Source of the DNA: Trueperaceae bacterium
Lineage (GTDB): Bacteria; Deinococcota; Deinococci; Deinococcales; Trueperaceae
DNA: 64,000 nt
Assembly (NCBI GenBank): GCA_051649365.1
Contig: JBOFGY010000135.1
Location: 9,842-73,841 of the forward strand
Reading direction: 5' to 3'
Each line of letters starts with the position of its first letter. The first letter of the stretch is position 1. This document shows positions 36,763 to 45,229 of this stretch, in pieces. The position numbers and the translations under genes were made by a program. Under the pieces are notes generated by a model, which was given only the letters and a program-made list of their open reading frames with translations, was not told where the DNA came from and made no database searches.

Positions 36763-37568
36763 CCTCCTCTTCTAATCTCCAAAAGCGTACCTTAGGTATT
36801 AGCCTTATAGAACTGTTAATCTCGATGGGAATTTTGGGTATTCTTCTGGCGACACTCACCGCTTTTTTAGTCAGCAACCAACAAGTCACAACCTCACAAG
36901 TGACGAGTGCGACCCTTAGTAATGATGTGCGTTTGGCGCATTTGCGACTTGGTGAAATTGTCTCACAAGCCCATTACATTTATCCAAGCGGGCAAACCAT
37001 TAACATTGACGGTACACCCTATGTGACAGGAGCTTTGGCCTTGGCTGTGCTCGTGCCAAGGGGTACAACTTATTGTAAACGTGAGCCCGAAGAAACAGAT
37101 ACTCGTCAAGATTATTGTGGTTTTGCGTATGTTGTTACAGAGCGCACTCCTTATGTAGATTTGCTGGGTGAAAGTGACGGCACAACAGGCCAGGTGCTGA
37201 TTGAATTTAAGAGTGAAGGATTAGAATGGGTGCAAGCGGATAGCACAGCAGGTGACACCAACCCTGCACTCACGCTACTCAACTGGAATAATCTTAGCTC
37301 GACGAATCCAGTTGCAGATTCTGTAGATGAAGAACTTACCAATGTCGGTGCAGAACTTACCTTCTCGAGTATCGTAGCTACCTTTGATAAAGAGACGAAC
37401 TTTCAGCTTACGGGCTCTAGTGACACTGTGAGGGCACTGATTGGCGGCGTTACCTCTACAATTGCTCTCGAGCGCACCGTGCGTGGTAAAGAAGTTACCG
37501 CGAGCCGAGAGAACTATGTTTTTTCAAAGGCTATTCCTAGAACGGGTTTACCCAACCAACCTAGATAA
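36759..37568 (+). CDS. type IV pilus minor pilin (PilW-like)
   Basis: Leader ...QKRTLG|ISLIELLISMGILGILLATL. 4-nt overlap with the upstream gene. Confidence 0.7.
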   Translation: MTSSSNLQKRTLGISLIELLISMGILGILLATLTAFLVSNQQVTTSQVTSATLSNDVRLAHLRLGEIVSQAHYIYPSGQTINIDGTPYVTGALALAVLVPRGTTYCKREPEETDTRQDYCGFAYVVTERTPYVDLLGESDGTTGQVLIEFKSEGLEWVQADSTAGDTNPALTLLNWNNLSSTNPVADSVDEELTNVGAELTFSSIVATFDKETNFQLTGSSDTVRALIGGVTSTIALERTVRGKEVTASRENYVFSKAIPRTGLPNQPR

Positions 37569-37571
37569 TTT

Positions 37572-37847
37572 TTAATTCTGCGTTCTACTTGTAGTCCGCT
37601 TTGGTGCGTCTACAATTTCCCCAAAGCGTTCTTCGTAACGTTTTATATTATCTTCTAAACTTTTTAATAAGGCTTTGGCATGGTGTGGACTTGTGATAAT
37701 GCGCGAGCTGACGAGCGGTGGTTGCCCAGGGTAAGCGAGCGCGAAGTCAATCATAAATTCATCTTTGGTGTGGGCAATCACGGCCATATTTGCGTAGCGA
37801 CCCCGCGCGGTGTCTTTGTCAAGCTCGAGCTTGAATTCTTTGCTCAT
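37572..37847 (-). CDS. DUF3467-family protein
   Basis: RGRYANMAVIAHTKDEFMIDFA...SRIITSPHHAKALLKSLEDNIKRYEERFGEI matches my recollection of DUF3467. Confidence 0.65.
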   Translation of the reverse strand: MSKEFKLELDKDTARGRYANMAVIAHTKDEFMIDFALAYPGQPPLVSSRIITSPHHAKALLKSLEDNIKRYEERFGEIVDAPKRTTSRTQN

Positions 37848-37880
37848 GGTGTGTATATCCTCTCTATAAACAGCATAAAG

Positions 37881-37935
37881 GATGAAGGAGTTAGGAGGAA
37901 GGAGAAATCTTCCGTCTCCTAGCTCCTAACTCCTT
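37881..37935. repeat. heptanucleotide array plus complement forming a 13-bp perfect hairpin
   Basis: GATGAAG GAGTTAG GAGGAAG GAGAAAT. AAGGAGTTAGGAG (37885-37897) pairs with CTCCTAACTCCTT (37923-37935). It lies between a Roadblock gene and the DUF3467 gene. Confidence 0.75.
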
Positions 37936-37953
37936 ATATGCTAACTTCTGCAT

Positions 37954-38316
37954 TTACGCGCTGACGGCTTGGGCAATTTCGGGTAAGACTTTTCTAAGTT
38001 GAAAACGGGCACGACCTAAACTGTTAATGGAGTCGAGTGTAGTGACCATGACGTAGCCCTCATCACCCGAGGTCAGGGGCATGAGGAGAACGGGGCCTTC
38101 TTCGTATTCAATCATGGCTTGTGACACATCGCCTTCGCCGAGCAGTTGGCCAAGCACACGGCTCGAGGCCATCCCACTCGCAATCACGCCGCCCACAAAG
38201 CCCAAGTCTTTGTCATTGTTAGAAGCTCCCTCGACAATAAAGCCTTCACCACTAACGACAGCAGCACTGGTGATACCTTTAATATCTAAAACTTGTTTGA
38301 GTAAATTGGCTAACAT
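37954..38316 (-). CDS. Roadblock/LC7 (MglB-like) domain protein
   Basis: 120 aa. GITSAAVVSGEGFIVEGAS...AMIEYEEGPVLLMPL fits the Robl_LC7 fold pattern. Confidence 0.75.
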   Translation of the reverse strand: MLANLLKQVLDIKGITSAAVVSGEGFIVEGASNNDKDLGFVGGVIASGMASSRVLGQLLGEGDVSQAMIEYEEGPVLLMPLTSGDEGYVMVTTLDSINSLGRARFQLRKVLPEIAQAVSA

Positions 38317-38405
38317 GGTTCTCCTTGAATTTGGGCTATTAGGGTACGGGGTTTAGGGGTTTTTGGTTTTACCCCAGACCCCATCCCCTGCACCCTGTAC
38401 CCGAT

Positions 38406-38765
38406 TTACGCAAAGACCTCGAGCAAATTCTTGGCGAGTTTTTGGCTGTAGAGCCTGGCTTTTCCAATATTGCCCGACGGGTTCATGAGGACGACGCAGA
38501 AGATGTCCTCACTTAGTAAGCGTGCGTAAGCAATGGTTTTCTCGGTGGTCATGATGGCTTCCTCAAGACCCCCAGCTTTGAGCCCTGTAGCTACGCTATT
38601 CATGGCCGTAAGCACGTTGGTCCACTGTGCAGTCACACTCGACATGTCTTGGCCTTGTTTAGGGTGTTGTTCAATAAGAAGACCGTCGCTGCTACCTACA
38701 AAGGCCGAAAGCGCGCCGTCTACATTGTCCACCAAATAGGCGAGTAATTCGTCAATATCGTTCAC
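38406..38765 (-). CDS. Roadblock/LC7 (MglB-like) domain protein
   Basis: 119 aa. GALSAFVGSSDGLLIEQH...EEAIMTTEKTIAYARLL fits the same fold pattern as its neighbour. Confidence 0.7.
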   Translation of the reverse strand: MNDIDELLAYLVDNVDGALSAFVGSSDGLLIEQHPKQGQDMSSVTAQWTNVLTAMNSVATGLKAGGLEEAIMTTEKTIAYARLLSEDIFCVVLMNPSGNIGKARLYSQKLAKNLLEVFA

Positions 38766-38820
38766 GCCTTTAGCCTAGCACGCTTGGTAGGGGGGAGATA
38801 TTGAAATTCTCTCAAAAGGT

Positions 38821-38848
38821 GGGGTTTGGGGTGCAGGAGTTGGGGTTT
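38821..38848. repeat. G-rich heptanucleotide array
   Basis: GGGGTTT GGGGTGC AGGAGTT GGGGTTT. A GGGGGG run sits ~25 nt upstream (38790-38795). Confidence 0.7.
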
Positions 38849-38922
38849 AGAAATTTTTAAACCTTAAAGCCAAACCCATCTCTTTAGTGTGAATCTTTTT
38901 CAGAGGGTCCTATATGGTACTT

Positions 38923-39639
38923 CTAAACCCCTGTCAGCTCACTCAACCGAACACGCTGTTTGTCGTTCTCATCGAAGTTTTTTGGGTTTAGCCACTGCTT
39001 AAAGGCGGTCTCGAGCCTTGGCCACTCCCCATCAATGACGCTGTACCAAGCCGTGTCGCGGTTATACCCTTTGACAACATTAGCTTGCCTAAAAACACCC
39101 TCAAAGGTAAAGCCTAAACGCTTTGCGGCATTTCTCGAAGCCTCATTTAATGCATTACATTTCCATTCATAGCGGCGGTAACCTAACTCGAACACCTGTC
39201 TCATCATGAGATACATGGCTTCGGTGGCAATGGGCGTTTTTTGCAAAAGTGGCGAATAATTGATGTGACCAACCTCAATAGAACCAGTATTGGGTGTAAT
39301 TCTAATATAGCTGGCTAAACCAACAGCCTTGTTTGAATGTTTATCTAAAATGGTCAAAAAAAGAGGATCATGACCAAGACATGTTGCTGTGAGCCATTGT
39401 GCATAACTTGATAAGGTCTCGAAAGGGCCGTAAGGCAAATACGTCCAATTGCGACCCTCTTTGTCTAGGGCATTTGCCTCGAATAAATCTCGAGCATGAA
39501 GAGAAACATCGGTGGGCTCGAGCGAGCAGTAGCGGCCTTGCAACTGTGCTTTGGGTAGTGGCGGCGGTGCTTGCCAATCCGGGATAGGAAAGCCGATGGG
39601 TTGACCGAGGTCGTTGAGAATGTCGTCCATTGCCGTCAT
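38923..39639 (-). CDS. GNAT-family N-acetyltransferase (RimJ/RimL-like)
   Basis: 238 aa. YRRYEWKCNALNEASRNAAKRLGFTFEGVFRQ is a typical Acetyltransf_3 C-terminal motif. Confidence 0.75.
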   Translation of the reverse strand: MTAMDDILNDLGQPIGFPIPDWQAPPPLPKAQLQGRYCSLEPTDVSLHARDLFEANALDKEGRNWTYLPYGPFETLSSYAQWLTATCLGHDPLFLTILDKHSNKAVGLASYIRITPNTGSIEVGHINYSPLLQKTPIATEAMYLMMRQVFELGYRRYEWKCNALNEASRNAAKRLGFTFEGVFRQANVVKGYNRDTAWYSVIDGEWPRLETAFKQWLNPKNFDENDKQRVRLSELTGV

Positions 39640-39755
39640 TTTAACGGATAAAGGTAAGATGAAGGAACGTTTTACCTTTCACGTCTTACGTCTCGCGAGC
39701 CACATGTTTGGCAACCATCATAGTTTTACACGAAACAATCTGATATAACCACCTA

Positions 39756-42700
39756 ATGGCCGATTTGCGCGGAAAGCTCGAGCCCTACTACACCCAAGTC
39801 AACGCGATGATTTTATCGCGGCAGCATCCTGTCTCTGGCCTTTTGCCCGCGAGTACCGCCGTGAACGAACACGGCGATTACCGTGACGCCTGGGTGCGTG
39901 ACAATGTGTACAGCATTTTGGCGGTGTGGGCCTTGGCACTGGCTTACCGCAAACTCGATAATGACGAGGGGCGCGGTTATGAGTTAGAACACGCTGTCAT
40001 TAAGCTCATGCGCGGCCTGCTTGTTGCGATGATGCAACAGGCCCCCAAAGTTGAAGCTTTCAAGAAGTCGCAAAATCCACTTGATGCGCTGCACGCCAAA
40101 TACAACACCGCTACAGGCGACACCGTCGTCCCAGATGATGCTTGGGGTCATTTGCAGCTCGATGCAACCTCACTTTATTTGCTCATGCTCGCACAAATGA
40201 TTAGTTCGGGACTCGACATTATTCACACACTCGATGAAGTGAACTTCGTACAGAATTTAATTTTTTACATTAGCCGTAGTTACCGCACACCCGATTATGG
40301 GATTTGGGAACGTGGCGATAAAACGAATCACGGTGAAAGTGAACTTAATGCGAGTTCGGTGGCACTGGCTAAAGCAGCCCTCGAGGCCCTCGCAGGCTTT
40401 AATCTTTTTGGTGTACGTGGTTCGCAAGCTTCCGTGCTGCACGTCTTACCGGATGATATTGCGCGTTCCAAGATCGTTTTAGAAGCGATGTTGCCACGCG
40501 AATCGCGCTCGAAAGAAATTGATGCCGCCTTACTGGGTGCCATAAGTTTTCCTGCGTTTGCCGTCGAGGACACAACACTCGTTGAAAGAACAAGAAACGA
40601 CATCATTACAAAACTGTCGGGTAAATACGGACTCAAACGCTTTCTTAAAGACGGTCATCAGAGTGTTCTCGAGGATATCCAACGCTTACACTACAAGAGC
40701 GAAGAACTCAAACAGTTTGAACATATCGAAAGCGAGTGGCCGCTCTTTTTTGCTTATCTCATGTTGGATGGTTGCTTTTTTGGGAACTTCGAGCAAGTGG
40801 AAACGTATAGCGAAAAACTAAAAACAGTCGCCGTAACGCGGAATGGTTTTTCACTTCTCCCCGAACTCTATTACGTGCCGATTGAAGGTGTAGACGCAGA
40901 GCGCAGCGTGCCTGGTTCGCAACCCCGTAACCCCAATGACAACGTGCCGCTCGTGTGGGCGCAGAGTTTGTGGTTGCTGGCGCAACTTTTGCAAGACAAA
41001 CTCGTGACGGTGTTTGATATTGATCCACTTGGCCGACATCAGCAGCTCGATAAAACCTCGCAGCCTGTGGTGCAACTCGCGCTCGTGGTCGAAGACAAAA
41101 CTTTACAAGAAACATTGGCAAACCAAGGCATTCCTAACGAAACCCTCGAGCAAATTCGCCCGATTCGACTCGAGCGTGCTTCGCAGATTACAAGGGCCTA
41201 CGAGCAAATTGGACGCAATGAAAAACTAGGGTTATCGGGTCGTCCATCGCGGCGATTACTTAGTTTATCTACCTCGAGAATTTTTCGCTTGCGTGGTGAA
41301 CTTATCGTATGTCCGCCGTCATCGTTTGACGAGCGCGAATTTTATTTATCACTCGATACGAATTTTTTGATTGAACGCCTCCGTGCTGAAATTTCTTACG
41401 TGCAGCGCACGTGGTCACTCTTGGGCCGCCCGACGATGACACTTTTTATCACGAAGTCACTTTACGAAGACGAAGAGGGTGCGCTGCAAACCTTTTTAGA
41501 TGAAGTGCGTCAGGGGTGGTGTGGTGAAGGTGTTAACCGTGTGGCGATAAAACTTGCACCACTGAAGCAACTCGTGCAAACTGCAAACCTCGAGCGCGTA
41601 GACAATCTACACGATTTTGATTTTATCGAAATTATCGACGATACTGTAACGACACATTATCTTAAGGTTGATACAGCACACATCAAATCCCTTACTGCCG
41701 ATGAAGAAGTGCGACTCGAGTTAGAAGTAGATACCACGCGGCTCGAGGAACGCTTGCGCCAAAGTCAAAACGTGTATGAACACGTAGAGATTTTAAGCAT
41801 TCTGACGGGCAAGCTTGGCTTAAAAGCAAGCATCCAAGGTCTTGCTACTGTGGAGGATTTGCTCGAGGAGGTTTATCAACGCGCCAGTGAATTACGGCTT
41901 TGGGCCGCCGTGCGCCGTGCGGCAGGCCTCCTCGAGAAAGTAGACTTCCTTCTTAGCGACAGCGTAACAGATTTGCTCGTGAAGCAAAAAACCATTGTCA
42001 TTGGTAAATCGTATAGCGAACGCTCACTCCTGACAAGGCCTGTGCCGCTTCAAGAGTTGCTAACCCTCATCAAAGAATTTTGCCGCGAAGATATTCGTGA
42101 CCGTGTGCTCACGCAAGAAATTCTTATTTATTTGGGCTCACTCGTGCGCTCGAGTCCCGAACTCTTTACCGATCTCATGACGATTCGCGTTGGCTTTTTG
42201 ATTGTTTTGTTAGCAAGCGATGTTGCAGATGAACTAAACCTTACACCCGACGAAGGTTACGAACAACTCATGCATTTAGCACCCTCTGAAATTCAGAAAC
42301 GTTTGAAAACCATTCTCTCGAGCTACGCAGATAAGCAACAACGTTTGCAACGCCGCGAGACGATGCGTGCTTACCAAGTCGAGCGTGAGCAAATCCTTGT
42401 TGCACCCCTCGAGTGGTTTAAGACGATTGCGACGCTCGAGTTAGATCCTAAGAAAACGAATGACAGTTGGTGGCGTTGGCGACAGCGCGAAGGTAGCTTG
42501 AGCCTTATCCCTAACGGGTTTTACAGTGCCGTTTGGGAACTCCTCAAACACTGTCAGGGTATTATTATTGGTGACAAGTTGGAAAGACGCAATAGGCTCG
42601 AGAGTAATGTGCTACTTTCTGAAATGACACCGGGCGAAAGCAACTTCGCCATGCGCGTCGAACACCTCCTCAACAAAATTCCTTCACCCGAATACCGACA

Positions 42701-42962
42701 ACTCAGCGTCGAAGCAATGATGGCCCTGCACAGAGCGAGTGAACAAAACCCTGCCTTGCAAGTGCAAGACTACATCGTCCTCGATGTCATTATCGGTCAT
42801 GCGGTGCGTTTAGCCTATATGGAAAATGAACCTTACAGTGATTATGAAAAAAGCAAAGCGGCTGCCTGGGCTACATTTTACGAACGCCCACCCAAAGTGA
42901 CAAGTCGTCAGATTGTGGCTGCGTTTGAATTTTTGTTATCCGGTGAAAAACAGATTGCATAA
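39756..42962 (+). CDS. large GH15 (glucoamylase-like) / phosphorylase-kinase alpha-beta-like protein
   Basis: 1068 aa. The N-terminal GLLPASTAVNEHGDYRDAWVRDNVYS...GIWERGDKTNHG...ELNASSVA resembles the GH15 catalytic-domain pattern, followed by a long helical C-terminal extension as in PHK regulatory subunits. Confidence 0.65.
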   Translation: MADLRGKLEPYYTQVNAMILSRQHPVSGLLPASTAVNEHGDYRDAWVRDNVYSILAVWALALAYRKLDNDEGRGYELEHAVIKLMRGLLVAMMQQAPKVEAFKKSQNPLDALHAKYNTATGDTVVPDDAWGHLQLDATSLYLLMLAQMISSGLDIIHTLDEVNFVQNLIFYISRSYRTPDYGIWERGDKTNHGESELNASSVALAKAALEALAGFNLFGVRGSQASVLHVLPDDIARSKIVLEAMLPRESRSKEIDAALLGAISFPAFAVEDTTLVERTRNDIITKLSGKYGLKRFLKDGHQSVLEDIQRLHYKSEELKQFEHIESEWPLFFAYLMLDGCFFGNFEQVETYSEKLKTVAVTRNGFSLLPELYYVPIEGVDAERSVPGSQPRNPNDNVPLVWAQSLWLLAQLLQDKLVTVFDIDPLGRHQQLDKTSQPVVQLALVVEDKTLQETLANQGIPNETLEQIRPIRLERASQITRAYEQIGRNEKLGLSGRPSRRLLSLSTSRIFRLRGELIVCPPSSFDEREFYLSLDTNFLIERLRAEISYVQRTWSLLGRPTMTLFITKSLYEDEEGALQTFLDEVRQGWCGEGVNRVAIKLAPLKQLVQTANLERVDNLHDFDFIEIIDDTVTTHYLKVDTAHIKSLTADEEVRLELEVDTTRLEERLRQSQNVYEHVEILSILTGKLGLKASIQGLATVEDLLEEVYQRASELRLWAAVRRAAGLLEKVDFLLSDSVTDLLVKQKTIVIGKSYSERSLLTRPVPLQELLTLIKEFCREDIRDRVLTQEILIYLGSLVRSSPELFTDLMTIRVGFLIVLLASDVADELNLTPDEGYEQLMHLAPSEIQKRLKTILSSYADKQQRLQRRETMRAYQVEREQILVAPLEWFKTIATLELDPKKTNDSWWRWRQREGSLSLIPNGFYSAVWELLKHCQGIIIGDKLERRNRLESNVLLSEMTPGESNFAMRVEHLLNKIPSPEYRQLSVEAMMALHRASEQNPALQVQDYIVLDVIIGHAVRLAYMENEPYSDYEKSKAAAWATFYERPPKVTSRQIVAAFEFLLSGEKQIA

Positions 42963-42971
42963 ATCTGTAGG

Positions 42972-43040
42972 GGTGGGTCTCTCGGTTTGAAAACGGTAAC
43001 GCATTTCTACGGTGTTCTTTGGCGAAAACGAGAGACCACC
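42972..43040. terminator. long hairpin at a convergent gene junction
   Basis: GGTGGGTCTCTCGGTTT ... AAAACGAGAGACCACC forms a ~15-bp stem with a ~35-40 nt loop. Confidence 0.5.
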
Positions 43041-43130
43041 TTAATCAATCAAGCTGGAGAGTTGGCAAATGTCAATCTCATTTTCTACAATTCGTCGTGA
43101 GAGACCTACGTTGTGAACATCAATGGAGTT

Positions 43131-44207
43131 TTATTGTCCTTGTTCAACAACGGTTGTCCATTCTTTCAACCAACGCACCACATTTTCTTCGATACTATCA
43201 GAAGCTAAACGGGCAATTTGCTCTGGACTTGGCTTCACTGCAAATTGTTCAAAATCACTTGGTAATTTTATATTTTCGATGACAGGATAAACGAACATAT
43301 TGCTTGGTACATCACTTTGAAAAGATTCTGAAAGCATGAAATCTATAAATGTTTGTGCGGCTTCTAAATCTTTTGTGCCTTTAAGAATGCCTACAGCTTC
43401 GATTTGTTCATAAGCACATTGCTCGCAAAAAAGATTAACGGTTGCTCCTGCTTCTGCACTCGGGCTTGTTGCATAACTCAGAACGATAGGTCTATCACCA
43501 CCATAGCGTGTGAAGGCAGCGTTGTAGGCTTCGCTCCAACCACTCGAGACCATTACCTCATTGTCTCTCAGTTCTCGCCAGTAATCTAACCACGTATAGT
43601 CACTTTCTTCACCAAACCGCGCAATCGTGGCTAGCATAAAGCCCAAACCTGGACTGCTTGTGGCAGGATTTTGAACAACGGTTAGACCTTTGTAAATTTC
43701 TGTTGTTAAATCTGTAATGTCTTTTGGTAACGCCAAATCATTTTCCTCAAAGTACGCTTTGTCTACATTAAAGTTGATGTAACCTACATTAACAGGTGTT
43801 ACCGAGTGGGTGGTATCAAACTCAAAGTCATCTGCAACATTGGCAAGCTCAGGGCTTTGATAAGGCTCAAAAATATTTTCGCTCATAGCTCTCGCTAGTA
43901 AACTGTTATCAATGCCGTAAAGCACATCAGCTAGTGGATTGTCTTTCGTTAATATAGCGCGGTTGACCACTTCGCCAGCATCGCCGGCAGGGAAGAACTC
44001 GAGTTCAATACCTGTCTCTTCTGTAAACGCTTTAATGATGGCTTCAGAAACGACGAACGAGTCGTGCGTGAGTACACGCAGCGTTTGTGCCACAACGGAA
44101 TGATTCACCACAAAGGCACAAAGACACAAAAGGATGGAAGGTGGAAGGTGGAAGGTGGAAGGTGGAAGGTTTTTTAACCTTTTACTTTTTACTGCTTTCC
44201 TAAACAT
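43131..44207 (-). CDS. thiB: thiamine ABC transporter substrate-binding protein
   Basis: Collinear with E. coli TbpA as I recall it (LRVLTHDSF..., NPATSSPGLGF, GWSEAYNAAF, VLSYATSPSAE). ATG 44207 has AGGAGG 4 nt upstream and lies downstream of a TPP riboswitch. I reject the ORF-track start at 44237. Confidence 0.85.
   Translation of the reverse strand: MFRKAVKSKRLKNLPPSTFHLPPSILLCLCAFVVNHSVVAQTLRVLTHDSFVVSEAIIKAFTEETGIELEFFPAGDAGEVVNRAILTKDNPLADVLYGIDNSLLARAMSENIFEPYQSPELANVADDFEFDTTHSVTPVNVGYINFNVDKAYFEENDLALPKDITDLTTEIYKGLTVVQNPATSSPGLGFMLATIARFGEESDYTWLDYWRELRDNEVMVSSGWSEAYNAAFTRYGGDRPIVLSYATSPSAEAGATVNLFCEQCAYEQIEAVGILKGTKDLEAAQTFIDFMLSESFQSDVPSNMFVYPVIENIKLPSDFEQFAVKPSPEQIARLASDSIEENVVRWLKEWTTVVEQGQ
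44135..44169. repeat. perfect heptanucleotide repeat (TGGAAGG)x5 inside the thiB signal-peptide coding region
   Basis: Five exact units, read on the minus strand as CCTTCCA x5, encode ...LPPSTFHLPPS... The unit length is not a multiple of 3. Confidence 0.9.
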
Positions 44208-44210
44208 AAA

Positions 44211-44380
44211 TCCTCCTAAAATCACCAAGGAGGACATAGGGATTTACCCTTGCTTCACTCTTCCTACGCTCGCATGAACGAGTTCAGGTTCGAGGGTTTG
44301 TTCTCAGTCCAAGCTTTATAGGTTTATTGTATAACCGGGTTGTTTTATAACCACGTAGCTGGACACCCCTGGTGACAAGG
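44211..44380 (-). promoter_or_regulatory. TPP (THI-box) riboswitch with an SD-sequestering expression platform
   Basis: The minus-strand sense contains AGGGGTGTC...CTGAGA..ACCCTCGAACCTGAACTCGTTCATGCGAGCGTAGGAAG (aptamer ~44372-44258). TCCTCCTT (44227-44234) can then pair with the SD AGGAGGA (44211-44217). Confidence 0.85.
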
Positions 44381-44503
44381 CTTAGCCTAGTGAACTTTGC
44401 GTCCAATGTCAAGAGCTTAAGATTTTAGCTCTTACCTTTTCCTCTCTGCCTTAGCTCTTTGCTTTCCCTTTCATTTTCTCTTTTGATTTGTTAGGCTACA
44501 AGA

Positions 44504-45157
44504 GTGCGACTCCTTCAGAACTTGCTCGAGAACAACAGGCGTTGGTCCGAGGATATGCGTGCGATTACGCCGGATTACTTCGAGCGTCTGGTAGGGCAGC
44601 AAACCCCTGAATATCTTTGGATTGGTTGCTCAGATAGCCGTGTACCCGCCAATCAAATTATTGGGCTTGCTCCAGGCGAAATTTTTGTTCACCGCAATGT
44701 CGCCAATGTTGTCGTTCATACCGATTTTAATTGTCTTTCGGTTTTGCAATACGCGATTGATATTCTTGAAGTAAAACACGTGATGGTCTGTGGTCATTAT
44801 GGTTGTGGTGGTGTGCGTGCGGCAACGCAGCCCACACAGTTTGGACTTGTTGATAATTGGTTTCGCCACGTGCGCGATGTCGCGCAGAAATATCAAGTGA
44901 TTCTAGATAGATACAAAGACGAAGACGAAAAACTAAAAAAACTTTGTGAACTCAATGTGATTGAACAAGCCTATAACGTGTGTCACACGACGATTGTGCA
45001 AAACGCTTGGCAGCGTGGGCAAGCCTTGGCGGTGCATGGTTGGATTTATGACTTACATGACGGGTTAATTCGTGACTTAAACATCACGATAACAAACGCA
45101 AATGAAATCTCGTCGGCGTATCGTATGGCGACGGAGAATGAATTCGTTTTAACCTAA
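44504..45157 (+). CDS. can: beta-class carbonic anhydrase
   Basis: Collinear with E. coli Can as I recall it (WIGCSDSRVPAN, FVHRNVANVV, CGHYGCGGV, HGWIYDLHDGL). GTG start. Confidence 0.9.
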   Translation: MRLLQNLLENNRRWSEDMRAITPDYFERLVGQQTPEYLWIGCSDSRVPANQIIGLAPGEIFVHRNVANVVVHTDFNCLSVLQYAIDILEVKHVMVCGHYGCGGVRAATQPTQFGLVDNWFRHVRDVAQKYQVILDRYKDEDEKLKKLCELNVIEQAYNVCHTTIVQNAWQRGQALAVHGWIYDLHDGLIRDLNITITNANEISSAYRMATENEFVLT

Positions 45158-45159
45158 TG

Positions 45160-45220
45160 TCTATCTTAAAACTCAAATCACACTGTTTACAGAAAACAAA
45201 TGCGTAAGGTTTTAGGATAA
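45160..45220 (+). repeat. ~60-nt structured intergenic element, copy C
   Basis: TCTATCTTAAAACTCAAATCACACTGTTTACAGAAAACAAATGCGTAAGGTTTTAGGATAA. The termini CTATCTTAAAAC / GTTTTAGGATAA pair. It starts 3 nt after the can stop codon. Confidence 0.6.
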
Positions 45221-45229
45221 GCTTTTAAC

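Noticed and set aside
44208-44237. ATG 44237 as the start of thiB
   Set aside because: That ATG lies inside the anti-SD arm of the riboswitch expression platform. ATG 44207 has the AGGAGG Shine-Dalgarno.
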